A stretch of 64,000 nucleotides of DNA from Eledone cirrhosa (Eukaryota): NCBI GenBank assembly GCA_964016885.1, contig OZ024743.1:35898001-35962000 (forward strand). The letters are read 5' to 3'. Below the pieces are notes generated by a model. The model saw only the letters and a program-made list of their open reading frames with translations, was not told where the DNA came from and did no database searches. This document shows, one piece after another, positions 25,391 through 38,939 of this stretch (the first letter of the stretch is position 1; each line of letters starts with the position of its first letter). Made by a program: the position numbers and the translations under genes.

Positions 25391-26054
25391 ATTTCACGGA
25401 CACACTCACACCGAGGCAGTGTAGTTATTTATTTTTTAACTTATACTTCTGAACCGTTGTAATACTAAATCCAACTATTCACTACAGTTTGGACTCTAAG
25501 TGGTATAATCAGTACAAGGGGGCAGCACGCCTAAGAAACAAAAGCCCCGCGACGTAGAATGGCTGATGCAGCAGATTGTTCTCCATAGCAATGCTATCAC
25601 CATCTTGTCTGCGGGATGCAGCTGAGATACGCCGTCCAGCCGAGGTCGCAGAGTTTACCACCTATCTTCTTTTTACTCCTATCTTCTTTTTACTTTCGTT
25701 TCTTTTTTCCCTTTTTTATTCTTTTTTTGTCAATATTCTTTAATAATTGTTTCTACGTTTGACACAAGGCCATCAATTATCCCAGTGTATTACTGGTACT
25801 TTATTTTATCGACCCCGTAAGGATGAAACAATGTTTTTAAAATAACACAAAATATTGAGCAGCTGCACAGTGCAACATGCACTCAGTAGTTATCAGAAAA
25901 TATTATTATCAGTCATGCAAAAAATAAAATAAAAGATAGTGAAATATTTTAATAATTTGAAAGCAATTACCTACTTATTTAATGTGACGAGGGCCACACT
26001 AATTTACTTAAGCGGTCACGTGTAATTTGTGTTGGTGAGTTGAAAGAATATGTG

Positions 26055-26688
26055 TCATGGTGTCATCTACTGATCTGTGGGTCAGCAGTGATAGTATAAC
26101 ATATGTCTCATGATTCCACTAAACTAGAAGTTGTGATGGGTATCATCTGCTGATCTGTGGTTCAACAGTCATGATATGACATACGTCTCACGATTCCACT
26201 AAACTAGAAGTTGTGATGGGTATCATCTGCTGATCTGTGGTTCAACAGTCATGATATGACATACGTCTCACGATTCTATTAAACTAGAAGTTGTGATGGT
26301 GTCATCTACTGATCTGTGGTTCAACAGTCATGGTATGACATACGTCTCACGATTCCATTAAACTAGAAGTTATGATGGTGTCATCTACTGATCTATGGTT
26401 CAACAGTCATGGTATGACATACGTCTCACGATTCCATTAAACTAGAAGTTATGATGGTGTCATCTACTGATCTGTGGTTCAACAGTCATGGTATGACATA
26501 CGTCTCACGATTCCATTAAACTAGAAGTTATGATGGTGTCATCTACTGATCTGTGGTTCAACAGTCATGGTATGACATACGTCTCACGATTCCATTAAAC
26601 TAGAAGTTGTGATGGTGTCATCTACTGATCTATGGTTCAACAGTCATGGTATGACATACGTCTCATGATTCCATTAAACTAGAAGTTA
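26055..26688. repeat. 79-80-bp tandem repeat, ~8 copies
   Basis: Unit tgatggtgtcatctactgatctgtggttcaacagtcatggtatgacatacgtctcacgattccattaaactagaagt; period 79 (26451 to 26530). Confidence 0.95.
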
Positions 26689-27070
26689 ATAAAATGACAA
26701 GTCAGTCAATTATATTGGTGGCCTTCCCACAGCCCCGGCAGACAGAATGGAGAAGGCGTTTCCGCGTAGGACGGCAAGGAAGACACACTGGAAAAGCCAT
26801 TCCAGCTCGCGAGGCTCACACCTGCGGCTGGCCAGCCCAGCGCCTATGGTGGTGAGTAGGGAGGTAGCTCTAGGACCGAGGACACCAGAAGTCTCCACTG
26901 CCAAGGGTACAACCGCAAACCTGTCGGAGAGCGACCGGTATTTGAAGAGTTTGGCCTCCTCAGCCCGACATACAGCATAACCTGGGCTAGTCGCAGACTG
27001 AACCAGGTTGCGGCTGGAGAAAGTGTCGGTGCAAGTGGCATCCCAGACGAGGGGTTTGCTCCGCGGAACG
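26689..27070 (-). pseudogene. CRE-clade restriction-like endonuclease C-terminus plus 3' end
   Basis: LVWDATCTDT..AEEAKLFKY..VPLAVETSGVLG..LFQ..LAVLRGNAFSIL. Confidence 0.8.
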
Positions 27071-28000
27071 TGATATTTCAACTTTATTATCTCTATGTGA
27101 TATTACAGATTTACTATCTCTATACGATATTCCAACTTTACAATCACTATGTGATATTTCAGCTTTACTATCTCTATACGATATTTCAACTTTACTATCA
27201 CTATGTAATATTTCAACTTTACTATTACTATGTGATATTTCAGCTTTACTATCTCTATGTGATATTTCAACTTTACTATCACTATGTGATATTTCAGCTT
27301 TACTATCTCTATGTGATATTTCAACTTTACTATCACTATACGATATTTCAACTTTACTATCACTATGTAATATTTCAACTTTACTATTACTATGTGATAT
27401 TTCAGCTTTACTATCTCTATGTGATATTTCAACTTTACTATTACTATGTGATATTTCAGCTTTACTATCTCTATGTGATATTTCAATTTTACTATTACTA
27501 TGTGATATTTCAGCTTTACTATCTCTATGTGATATTTCAACTTTACTATTACTATGTGATATTTCAGCTTTACTATCTCTATGTGATATTTCAATTTTAC
27601 TATCACTATACGATATTTCAACTTTACTATCACTATGTAATATTTCAACTTTACTATCACTATGTAATATTTCAACTTTACTATCACTATGTGATATTTC
27701 AGCTTTAACTATCTCTATGTGATATTTCAACTTTACTATCACTATGTGATATTTCAACTTTACAGTCACTATGTGATATTTCAACTTTACTATCACTATG
27801 TGATATTACAACTTTACAGTCACTATGTGATATTTCAACTTTACTATCACTATGTGATATTACAACTTTACAGTCACTATGTGATATTTCAGCTCTACAG
27901 TAATTATGTGATATTTCAGCTCTATAATAACTATGTGATATTTCAGCTCTACAATAACTATATGATATTTCAGATCTACAATAACTATGTGATATTTCAG
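27071..28000. repeat. 27-bp minisatellite, ~34 copies
   Basis: Unit tgtgatatttcaactttactatcacta with patterned variants. Confidence 0.95.
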
Positions 28001-28737
28001 CAGGCCAGTAGTTTGTTTTTTTTATCAAGGACACACGTTTCCTTTAACAGGAATTTATACATACTTTGAGGTTTAAATATTTGAGAACATTTCAAGGAGG
28101 TTTTCGAAAACATACGTCCTTTTAAATTGTTTATAAGACAAAAAACTGCAGACGATAAGAAAGACAACATGCTGTTGATCTCGCCAGGATTTGAACTCAA
28201 CGAGTTGGAGCAATTACTGCGGGGAATTTAATCAGGAGTTCTAACGTCATCGTTTAGGAGACGTTCAGTGGTATTGCTAGCAATGGTAGTACTGTAGAGA
28301 TGAAGGTGGGGAGTTTTAGTATGCAAGTAAAAGAGGGAGGGAGGGGAGGGGGGGGGGGGTTATACTAAAATAGCAAATAAAAATAGTAAAACAAACACAT
28401 CAAAAAGAATGTCCCCCTCACCTCTCCAATTGCAAAATAAATAAATAAATGAATGAATTAATTGATTAAATTAAATAAACAATTAAGAAAATGAAAGAAA
28501 GAAAGGACAAAGAATCAAACAGAGTATATTTTTGCAACTTGAAACTTTTAAACTCTAAAACATAGATCATACGAAACACTGTATTTGATGGCATATTGGA
28601 CCACTGGATATTTCTGAAGGGAATATTAAGAAAATAACATAAGCCTACCAAACACCTCAACTTCGTATATTCTGGGTGATATTCTTTCAACTATTTTTTG
28701 GCAGCGTTCTTAATTTTAGATTAGTTTTCAGCAAACA

Positions 28738-28933
28738 CAGACCTGTCAACTCTCCCCGTCCGACGGGGAGATCTCCCATTTACTTTGGGGTGGGTGAGAG
28801 ATGTTTTCTCTTGTGAAAATGGGTATAGCTTTCATTATGTAAAAATCTCCCCATTTTGCCTCATTTTTCCCCGTTTTGGGTTACTTTTTTTCATGGTATT
28901 CCCTGTTTGGGTTTTTAGAAGTTGGAAGGTCTG
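28738..28933. mobile_element. hAT-like MITE
   Basis: TIRs cagacctgtcaact / agttggaaggtctg; imperfect flanking duplication (gcaaaca / caaataca). Confidence 0.6.
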
Positions 28934-28939
28934 CAAATA

Positions 28940-29600
28940 CAACACACAGAACACCACCAACAGTAAACACAACAACACTAACACTAACTGCAACAACAAT
29001 AACAGTGACAACAACAAAAAGAACTTCAGTAGTAGCAACAACAGCTGGAGGAACGGTGGCGGTTTCAGCGTCAGAAACGACAGTTGCAACAAGAACAATA
29101 AAAGCTATCATAACTATGCTAATACCAACAACACTCACACAACAACAACAAACAACAAGAACAGCGAACAAACATTGCATTGACAACAACAACAACAACA
29201 ACAACAACAACAGAAGGAACGGTGGTTGCTTCAGCTACAGAATCAACTGGGGTAAGAACAACAACACAGACCACAATCAAACAAACATAAAATACAATAG
29301 CAACAACGGTAGGCAACCCTTAACAACCAAACCAAAGCAACAACAACAACAACACTAACGGTAAGGGCCACCACAACAACAACAATAACGGCAAGGACCA
29401 CCACCACCACCACCACAACAACAACCAGAATAACGGCAAGGACCACGACCACAACAACAGCAATAATGGCAAAGACCACAACAACAACAATAGCGACAAA
29501 GACCACCACCACAACAACAACAACAATAACGGCAAGAACCACCACCACAACAACAACAACGACAATAAACTACTAAAATGACAACAATACACTAACAAAG
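28940..29600. repeat. (AAC)-rich degenerate trinucleotide tract with ggcaaggaccaccac subrepeats
   Basis: Direct reading. Confidence 0.85.
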
Positions 29601-29824
29601 GGAAGCGAGAAGCAATCCTTTGATTTCCGTTCGCGTCTGACGTGGCTTAATGGCGGCACCAAAACTGCCAGATCACATGATGTCGTTTTCTCTCTATCTC
29701 TTTATTGCTTTTCTTTATCTTTCTTTGACTCATACACATACATGCTCACATACACACATACACTGTCCCTCTCTCACACACACACACACACACAAATACA
29801 GACACACACACACACATATATACA

Positions 29825-29878
<54 letters not shown>

Positions 29879-30112
29879 AATACAGACACACGCACACACA
29901 CACACATATATACACTGTCTCTCTCACACACACTCACACAAATACACAGACACATACACATAAACATTTTCTCTCTCTCACACACACTCACACAAACACA
30001 CACACATACACTCTTTCATACACTCACACTCATACAAATACACACATACACACATAAACACACACGCAATCTCTGTCTCTCACCCCCTCTCTCCATATAT
30101 ATATATATATGT

Positions 30113-30717
30113 AAATATCTTTAAGTCGTTTGGAAGCCTCGACAATGCAAATGGGTAAATCTCCGGGTAACAAGATCCGGTGGTGGAGAGAGAGATGTAA
30201 GTGGGTGTACGTTGAGATGCGTGGTGTGTATAAGATGTGTAAGATGTGTAGAAGAATGAAGGAAAGAGTATAAAGAATAAAATAAAAATAACAACACAAG
30301 AGAGAGTTACCTTGGGAGAGATTTAATAGTCCCTATATATTTCGGATTCACATCCATCAACTGGGGTTTTTTTCCGGGGTGGGGGAAAGGTTTTCTGTCG
30401 GACAGGTGCGAAACGCGTCCTCCGCTGTTTGTTGTTTTGAATATCTGAGGTATTCGGCAGAGCGCGCGTGCGCGTGAAATGGGGTCGGTCGGGCAGAGGT
30501 CAGCGGCCGAATGAGGGAGTGGGGTAGCGCTAGCTGTCAGTCCATTCTCTGCCTGTTTGTTAAATGTTACTGTGTGTGTGTGTGCGTGTGTTGTTGTCTC
30601 GCTTGAGTGTGTGTGTGTGTGCGTGTGTTGTTGCCTTGTTCCTCTGTATTGGCAGTGTAGTATGTTTGTATGGTGGAATGCTACTGTGTGTGTGTGCGCG
30701 TGTGTGTGTAGTTGTCT

Positions 30718-30757
<40 letters not shown>

Positions 30758-31403
30758 GTGTGTTGCTGCATCGTTTGTTAACTCAAACCAGCCATCTCAT
30801 TTCGCTTCTCTCTGATCGGTTGTTTATTTGCGGTTGCAGGCGTTTGATAAAAAGCGCTTCCTTGATACGTAACGTGCCGACGTTTCTTTCAGTCGCTAGA
30901 ATTGTGACAATGGGCCTTCCGTCTTTGTTTCCGCATTTGTCTATGTGTTTCCGGAAAGAGGAGGCCCTGGTTTTAGTGCGTTCCTTGATCCGGATGTGCA
31001 AAGGTCGGATTGTGCTACCTATGTAGTATTGGTTGCACCTGTCACATTCTATCTTATACATGACGTATGTGCATAGGCAACAGTTCGCATGGCGTATCGG
31101 GCAGTCTCTGAGGGAGCATGCGTCAGTAGATTTCCCGGGTTTCCTGGAGAGGCATCTTCGCAGGGAGGGGCCCGAGTGGGCCAGCTGGATGTCGAGGCCC
31201 TCCCTCCGTATAGCCTTGCGGATAGCGTTGGTGGTATTCTCGCCCAGGTGTGGCATTTTAAGGAAGCACTTGCCTTGGGTGCCTCTCTCTCTCTTGTGTC
31301 TGGTGTCTCCTATTCTGTCTGTGATCGAGGTAGGGTACTCGTTCGTCTCCAGCACCTCGAGGAATGGCTTGGTATGAGTGACACCACTCGCGGGATCGCT
31401 GCA

Positions 31404-31408
<5 letters not shown>
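30113..31408 (-). mobile_element. PLE 3' fragment; GIY-YIG ORF remnant at 30783-31409
   Basis: FLKMPHLG, CSLRDCP..C, VMYKIECDRCNQYYIGSTIRPLHIRIKE, IKEALFIKRLQPQIN; degenerate HHR at 30331-30366; left boundary approximate. Confidence 0.8.
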
Positions 31409-31472
<64 letters not shown>

Positions 31473-31611
31473 TATATATATATATATATATAAACATATA
31501 TATACCTACTTATTTCACCTCCCCATCTTCTGTCTCTCTCTTTATTTACCTTTTTTTCTATCTCTACTTTGCCTATCTATATATATATTGTCTCCCTCTC
31601 TCTCTAATCGC

Positions 31612-31651
<40 letters not shown>

Positions 31652-31982
31652 TGAGAGACAGAGTAGGTGTAAGAGGGGATAGCTATATATATATATATAT
31701 ATATATATAGCTATCCTCTCTTACACCTACTCTGTCTCTCACTACTTAGATAGTACCTTTTTCTCACTTTCTAGCCCCCCCCCCCTCTTTCATTCATGCT
31801 GTGGTCTGTGTATCACCCCCTCTCTCTCTCCCTTACCCTCTCTCTCTCTCCTACCCTCTCTTCCTCCCATTCACCATTTCAATTATTATCCAAATGCTAT
31901 TTTCCTTTTCTAACACAATCAGTATATACTGTCTAGATTTCAAGTTGTTTTTACCTTTCTGTTTGTATGCATACCAGAATAT

Positions 31983-32032
<50 letters not shown>

Positions 32033-32086
32033 CTCTCTCCCTCTCTCTCTCTCTCTCTCCAGGCACACACACACAAATATATATAT

Positions 32087-32415
32087 ACTGTGTGCCCCCG
32101 GTATTCGCGGTCCCGGGTGTTCGCAGAATTTTCCTTAGAACCTAACTAATAATTATTTGTGGAAATCACCGCATATTCGCGGAATCGTAAATACCTTTCG
32201 CGATTTTTAAATGGCTTTTTTTCGTGGCAATATATATCTTTTACGCTTTTTAACGCTAAATTATTGATAACAATATACCGATATACCGTATTTGCCAGCC
32301 TATATTTTACGTTATGTTTTGACGTTTATAGGCATTTCTAGGGACCACGTGCAATATTCGGCGTTTTTCACTCTTCGTGGGTGTTCTAAGAACGTAGCAC
32401 CGCGAATACAACTGT
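32087..32415. mobile_element. Tigger/pogo-like MITE (degenerate)
   Basis: ta-ctgtgtgcccccggtattcgcgg ... ccgcgaatacaactg-ta; internal attcgcgg repeats. Confidence 0.55.
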
Positions 32416-32439
32416 ATATAAAGTAATGATGCATTTGTG

Positions 32440-32655
32440 TGACCGCGGGGCTCGAACTGCGAGTAGCCAATTCCACCCCAACAGCAGTGAGTAGGGATGT
32501 AGTCCAAGAACGCCATAAGTCTCCACTGCCATAGGCTCGACGACAAACCTATCAAAGAGCAGTGGATACTTTGACAGTTTGCCCTCTTTGATCTGGCGAG
32601 TAACGAAGCCTTGGCTGGTAGTTGAACGCACCAGGTTGCTGCGGGATGTGTTCAA
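32440..32655 (-). pseudogene. Diverged CRE-like RLE fragment
   Basis: SRSNLVRSTTSQG..EGKLSKY..DRFVVEPMAVETYGVLG, homologous to 26689-27070. Confidence 0.7.
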
Positions 32656-32701
32656 TCCTGCCGCGGATTGGCCAATGCTTTGTGAGTAGAATTTGGTAGT
32701 C

Positions 32702-32732
<31 letters not shown>

Positions 32733-32736
<4 letters not shown>

Positions 32737-32859
32737 AAAATGTTTAACCCCGACGGCAGAGTACAAGCCGTTTCGACGGCTATTTCTGGACATTGAGTAG
32801 TAAATATTGAGTACTCGGGTGCGTTATGGTCCATCTGGTTCCTTACCACACTTACTTCG

Positions 32860-32921
<62 letters not shown>

Positions 32922-32963
32922 CGAAGGAAGTGTGGTAAGGAACCAGATGGACCATAACGCACC
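32733..32963. mobile_element. Cluster of family A pLTR fragments in alternating orientation
   Basis: ccccgacggcagag..caagccgtttcgacggc, plus an inverted pair ggtgcgttatggtcc.. around (TA)n. Confidence 0.75.
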
Positions 32964-33027
32964 TTCATTGGTATTTCATTGTTTTAAAAATCATATACCT
33001 CTGGTTGGTGCGAGCAATAACTAACGT

Positions 33028-33171
<144 letters not shown>

Positions 33172-33284
33172 AAAAATTGAACAGGGACAGAACAGAGAGG
33201 CAGTACGACAAATGTTTATTAGCTTCTTAGACGTCTAAGTATATTAAAAAACTGAACAGTGTGCGTATATATAATACTAATTCT

Positions 33285-33364
33285 TCATCCACTGACGAGC
33301 AAGAATGGTATTCCTCTTCACAATTGATTTTGCGAAACAGCATAGCCAAACGCTGTCTGGGTGA
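33285..33364 (+). ncRNA. Canonical type I hammerhead ribozyme
   Basis: TCATCCA-CTGACGA-GCAAGA..TTTTGC-GAAA-CAGC ATAGCCAAAC GCTG-TC-TGGGTGA: 7-bp stem I, 6-bp stem II with G10.1-C11.1, 5-bp stem III; predicted cleavage after C33357. Confidence 0.9.
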
Positions 33365-33626
33365 TTGCTAGTTACCACAATTCCGGTTTGTATTTATTTT
33401 CTTGATTTATTCTTAAATTGAGTCTGGCAAACCCTATTGTCTATAGTTAGTATTCTTTTCACCTTAGCGAATCTGGTCCCTTACGATTTGAACACATATA
33501 TTATGTATATATCTGTGTTTATCTTTCTTTTATATTCAATTATAATATACGGCTCGGATAAATCTCTTTCCTAGAGCTATTCTATTGTAAGAAACTATTT
33601 TGAGTTTCTAACACAATATATACCTT

Positions 33627-33672
<46 letters not shown>

Positions 33673-33675
<3 letters not shown>

Positions 33676-33835
33676 AACGAGTACCTCAAGACGACTAGTC
33701 CAGAATTAGCCGTCGAAACGGCTTGATCTCAGCCGTCGGGTCCTACTCGTTCTTATTACCCACTCTACTACCCTAAGTATTGAGTACTTTGGTGCGTTAT
33801 GGTCCATCTGGTTCCTTACCACATTTCCTTCGTTA
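33673..33835 (+). mobile_element. Family A pLTR
   Basis: Same sequence as 1877-2017. Confidence 0.75.
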
Positions 33836-33874
33836 TATATAGATATGGAGTGCTTATGGGGTGCTTATATATAT

Positions 33875-34400
33875 AAATGTATGTATAGTATATTTCACAA
33901 TATACTGTATGTTTAATTAAAAACATTTCGAAGACCATTCGAAGACCATTCGCTATGAGTATTTAAAGTCACTTACTTATTCTCGACAAAACAACGGAGA
34001 GTCATCGACAGTCCTCTTTTTCGCTCGTTAGCGTTTATCAAGACTTCCTTGTCTCTGAAGAGAATTATAGAATCTGGATTCCAGTAATATTAAAGAGCTG
34101 ATTAAACAGAGCTCTGAAACAGCGATGTATACATGAATGAATGTATATTATATTTGGCAATATACTGTATGTTTAAGAGGCAAGGGAGTGTGTGTGGTCT
34201 TGATAAACGCTAATAAGCAAGAAACAGACTGTCGATCACTCTCCGTTGTTTTTGCCGAGAATAAGTAAGTGACTTACGCACTACTTTAAAACTCATAGCG
34301 AATGCTGTTCAAAATGTTTTAAATTAAACATACAGTATATTACCAAATATACCATACATACATTTATGTATACATCGCTATTTCAGAGCACTAATATTAT
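33875..34400. mobile_element. Family B PLE-derived fold-back element with two U3-A8 HHR-like motifs (34001-34044 minus, 34194-34239 plus)
   Basis: Diverged inverted arms homologous to 5521-5945; GTGGTC-TTGATAA-ACGCT..AGC(G)A-GAAA-CAGACTG-TC-GATCAC. Confidence 0.7.
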
Positions 34401-34426
34401 GGGGGACCACAGTGTATATATATATA

Positions 34427-34512
<86 letters not shown>

Positions 34513-34555
34513 ATGATATTAAATAAATGGAAACTATATTTATAAAACCATATTT

Positions 34556-34618
34556 ATTTTATTATATATATTTCAAGGGCAACCAAGCCAACCCTGTTGC
34601 GCTTTCATCAGATAAAAT
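34556..34618 (-). ncRNA. Minimal type I hammerhead ribozyme
   Basis: ATTTTAT-CTGATGA-AAG.GCAAC..GTTGC.CTT-GAAA-TATATA-TA-ATAAAAT. Confidence 0.82.
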
Positions 34619-35619
34619 ACAAAGTTTGTTTTATAAATAAAGACGTACTCATGAAAATCATATCTTATCGGTCGGAAATTCACTGGATAGGGGAAACATA
34701 TTATGGAATATTCAAAGTTATGTGTGAATATGCAAATGAATGTGTAAATAATTGAAAAAACAACAGTTTATTTAAATGACGCTGGGGAAAGATAGGGAAG
34801 AAAGAGAGAGAGGAAAAATATTAATATTGTGAGATAGATAGAGAGAAGAAATTTACAAGAGGATGAATAGAACTCGTGTAACGTAAATAAGTTTTATATC
34901 TACTAATGGTACGTATATTTATTATTACTTAGTTGTAAGAATTCTTTTCTAATATAATATTTACTATTATAAGTAGATAGAAAAAATAGATATATATAGA
35001 AAAATAAATACATATAAAAAATTTAGATAGAAAAATATATGGAAAAATAAATAGAAAAATAGATAAATAGAAGAATCAATAGATAGAAAAGTAGATAGAT
35101 AGAAAAATAGATATATGAATGGATAGATGGGTATATCATGTTATAGATAATTATTTTAATGAATTAAATTAACTGAGTTAATAAGAATATTTATATATTT
35201 TAAATTGGGAAGATACGGAAAAAACACCAGTTTTGTTTGTTTATTAGTTAGTATAAGACCACTGTGTCAAAATAATTTTAAATGTTGAAGATATAAATGT
35301 TGAAAGATATATTTAGCCTGAATTAGTTATTGGTTATAAATCTAATATAATATATTAAACATTTTTTATTAAAAAATATAAAAAAAATATAAAAAAATAT
35401 TTTAAAATATTTAAAAATCTGGAAAATTAAAAAATTTTTTCGGAAAATATTAAAAAAATCTTAAAAATCTTAAAAAATCTTAAAAAATCTTAAAAAATAA
35501 AAGAAAAATGTTAAAATTTATTTTAAAATATTTTATAAGAGATAAGTAGATTTAAAAAAAAAAGTAATTTTTTAAAACTAAGTAATTTTTAAAATATATG
35601 CAATATCTTAGAAGTGAAA

Positions 35620-36068
35620 AATAAAAATAAAAAATAAAAGATTTGAAAAGTAAAAAAAAAAAAAAAAATATTAAAAAAAATAAAAATAAAAATAAAATTA
35701 AAAATAAAAATAAAAATAAAAATAAAAATAAAAATAAAAATAAAAATAAAAATAAAAATAAAAATAAAAATAAAAATAAAAATAAAAATAAAAATAAAAA
35801 TAAAAATAAAAATAAAAATAAAAATAAAAATAAAAATGAAAATAAAAATAAAAATAAAAATGAAAATAAAAATAAAAATAAAAATAAAAATAAAAATAAA
35901 AATAAAAATAAAAATAAAAATAAAAATAAAAATAAAAATAAAAATAAAAATAAAAATAAAAATAAAAATAAAAATAAAAATGAAAATGAAAATAAAAATG
36001 AAAATGAAAATGAAAATGAAAATGAAAATGAAAATGAAAATGAAAATAAAAATAAAAATAAAAATAAA

Positions 36069-36099
<31 letters not shown>

Positions 36100-36169
36100 T
36101 AAAAATAAAAATAAAAATAAAAATAAAAATAAAAATTAAAATAAAAATAAAAATAAAAATAAAAATAAA

Positions 36170-36200
<31 letters not shown>

Positions 36201-36222
36201 TAAAAATAAAAATAAAAATAAA

Positions 36223-36253
<31 letters not shown>

Positions 36254-36509
36254 TAAAAATAAAAATAAAAATAAAAATAAAAATAAAAATAAAAATAAAA
36301 ATGAAAATAAAAATAAAAATAAAAATGAAAATAAAAATAAAAATAAAAATAAAAATAAAAATAAAAATAAAAATAAAAATAAAAATAAAAATAAAAATAA
36401 AAATAAAAATAAAAATAAAAATAAAAATAAAAATGAAAATAAAAATGAAAATGAAAATGAAAATGAAAATGAAAATGAAAATGAAAATGAAAATAAAAAT
36501 AAAAATAAA

Positions 36510-36540
<31 letters not shown>

Positions 36541-36598
36541 TAAAAATAAAAATAAAAATAAAAATAAAAATAAAAATAAAAATAAAAATAAAAATAAA

Positions 36599-36629
<31 letters not shown>

Positions 36630-36663
36630 TAAAAATAAAAATAAAAATAAAAATAAAAATAAA

Positions 36664-36694
<31 letters not shown>

Positions 36695-36875
36695 TAAAAA
36701 TAATAAAAATAAAAATAAAAATAAAAATAAAAATAAAAATAAAAATAAAAATAAAAGTAAAAATAAAAATAAAAATAAAAATAAAAATAAAAATAAAAAT
36801 AAAAATAAAAATAAAAATAAAAATAAAAATAAAAATAAAAATAAAAATAAAAATTAAAAATTAAAAATTAAAAAA
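35620..36875. repeat. (AAAAAT)n hexanucleotide array with AAAATG variant blocks
   Basis: Direct reading; the variant pattern itself is duplicated (~35830-36080 and ~36300-36520). Confidence 0.95.
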
Positions 36876-37084
36876 CCTTAAAAAGTATTAAAATTAAAGT
36901 TAAAATAAAAAATAAAAAATTAAAATATTAAAAATTATATTAAAATATAAAAAATAAAAAAAATTAAAATATAATTGAAGAAATTTTAATAAGTGAAATT
37001 ATAAAAAGTGAAATTATAGCAAACAATATATGGAAATAAGTAGAAATATTGTAAGTGTAATTATAATTTATATATAGTTCTAAA

Positions 37085-38514
37085 CGTTGAATTTAGGCGA
37101 TGTTTACAAGAACTAAATAAATTCATACGTATATTAATAGATTTCTTACATTTAAGTATGAAGAAAATTCCTCAACATACAATTTGCAAAATCTAGATAG
37201 AGCTGTGTTTCGGTAGGCAGGTACTTTTGAAATTATTTCCCAAGTTAAAGAATAGTCAGTATTTTTGGATTTTAAGTTGCATACCAGGTTTGATAGAGAA
37301 GTTGAAGATTTTTTTACCAAAATTATTAAACGAGCATTTGTGATTATTAAAACGAGTTTTAAAGTCTGTAGAAGTTGAACCTACATAGTTAAATATATTA
37401 TCACTGGTTTTGACTGTGCATTTATAGACCACATCCTTATCTAAGCACTTATTTTTAAAGGACAGTTTGATTTAATTCTACAATTACAATTAGCGGAGTT
37501 GGTGTTATTCGGGACAGTATTATTATGTTGGATATTGCTAGAGATATTACTGCTATTTTGTTTATGGTTTAAATTTCGATTATTGATTCTATTTATATTT
37601 TGTGCTAAGTTCATAGTAGTAGAGTAAGATAGTTTTATTGTATGTCTGTTAAATATTGAGTGGTATCTATGGGCTTTAGGAAAACATTTATCTAGAGCTT
37701 TAAAGAATAGTTTAGCTAAAGGTGTTTTAACGCTTAATGAGAATGGAGGTGAATACCAAATATTTCTAGTTCTATTTCTTCTGTTAGTTTTAGAGTTTAA
37801 GTTATGTTTTTTATTGTAATTATAATTAATATTAGGGTTATTTGCCTTATCACTGTTGTCGATGTATTTAAGCTTATTTATATAGCCTACTCTATTTAAA
37901 GCTTCATTATAATATTCTGCCTTATCGTCAAAAATGTTTTTATTAGCGGAGATTCGAGAAATACGTTGTTGTATAGAATTTACAATAGTGTTCTTGATAG
38001 ATCTAGGATGATTAGAGTTAAAACTTACATAGTTTAAATTCTCAATAATTTTATGGATTGGATAGTAGAGCCCTGTGTTAAGGTTTAATGTTACGTCTAA
38101 AAAATTAATAATTTTATAATTATTCTCTATTTCTAACTTAAGATTGTAGCTATTGAAAAATTTTATTATTGATTTTCTTTTTCTATTAATTCCACAATTA
38201 CGGTGATTTTCAATTAAAAGCAGCATATAATCACGATATAAATCACTGGTCATCTCCGGTATTTTTCTATGTAGTGTATTATTAATAAATAGCCTCACAA
38301 GATCCGTTATTTGCGCCGAGTCCGATGACCCCATGGTGATATCGAAATTATTTTTTCTATCAGCTCTAGTCCAGAGATGGTTGTTGAATTCTATTAAAGT
38401 TTTCCGTGCAGTTAAAATGATATACATTTTTTCGGTAGATAAATCTGTATGTTTAGATGCATAGATAAGGGTTATTAAGTAAATTAGGAGTGATAGCGGA
38501 GTAGTAATTTGCAA
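37085..38514 (-). pseudogene. Naiad-like PLE RT plus CxCx5C linker plus GIY-YIG (frameshifted)
   Basis: FDITMGSSDSAQITDLV, LYRD, NFLDVTLNL, SNHP, WYSPPFS, CNCRIKSNCPL; in other frames VVYKCTV..YVGSTSTDFKTRFNNH, FCKL, SCKHR. Confidence 0.85.
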
Positions 38515-38653
38515 TATCCAATTGGATAAATTTTTTGTTATGTTTAGATTTATTTAATATCATGGAATATTTACTCCAGTAACCTTTTGAGTGCACTAAA
38601 TCAGTTATAAACATTTATGTTTGTCGGACTTTCAACAAATTAAATATAGCTTC

Positions 38654-38735
<82 letters not shown>

Positions 38736-38939
38736 TATACATACTTATATATACATACACACACACACACACACATATATATATATGTATATGCATACAT
38801 ATATATATACATATATATATTTTCCTCTCTATTTTCCTGGTTTTTTTTTTTTTAGATATATGCATTGCATGTAGACGAAGAGTCAAGGTATATATATACG
38901 TATAGAAGGTATATATATACGTATAGAAGGAAATATAAC

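Larger units (their letters stand above)
34511..38650 (-). mobile_element. 5'-truncated Naiad-like Penelope element with long A/T-rich 3' region and short inverted terminal piece
   Basis: ORF remnant, HHR at 34556-34618, ccatgatattaaataaa (34511) inverted at ~38550. Confidence 0.75.

Noticed and set aside
26055-26688. CRISPR-like or spliced-leader RNA array
   Set aside because: Units are contiguous with no unique spacers, no Sm-site-like U tract is present, and the context is eukaryotic
26987-28069. ORFs with KVEISHSDS / YVIFQLYYH repeats
   Set aside because: Read-through of a 27-bp minisatellite on both strands
30331-30420. HHR-like motifs near the third PLE
   Set aside because: The minus-strand core reads CAGTTGA (two mutations) and the plus-strand GAAACGCGTC lacks a CUGANGA partner; not called functional
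35643-36519. Lys/Asn/Ile-rich ORFs
   Set aside because: (AAAAAT)n translation
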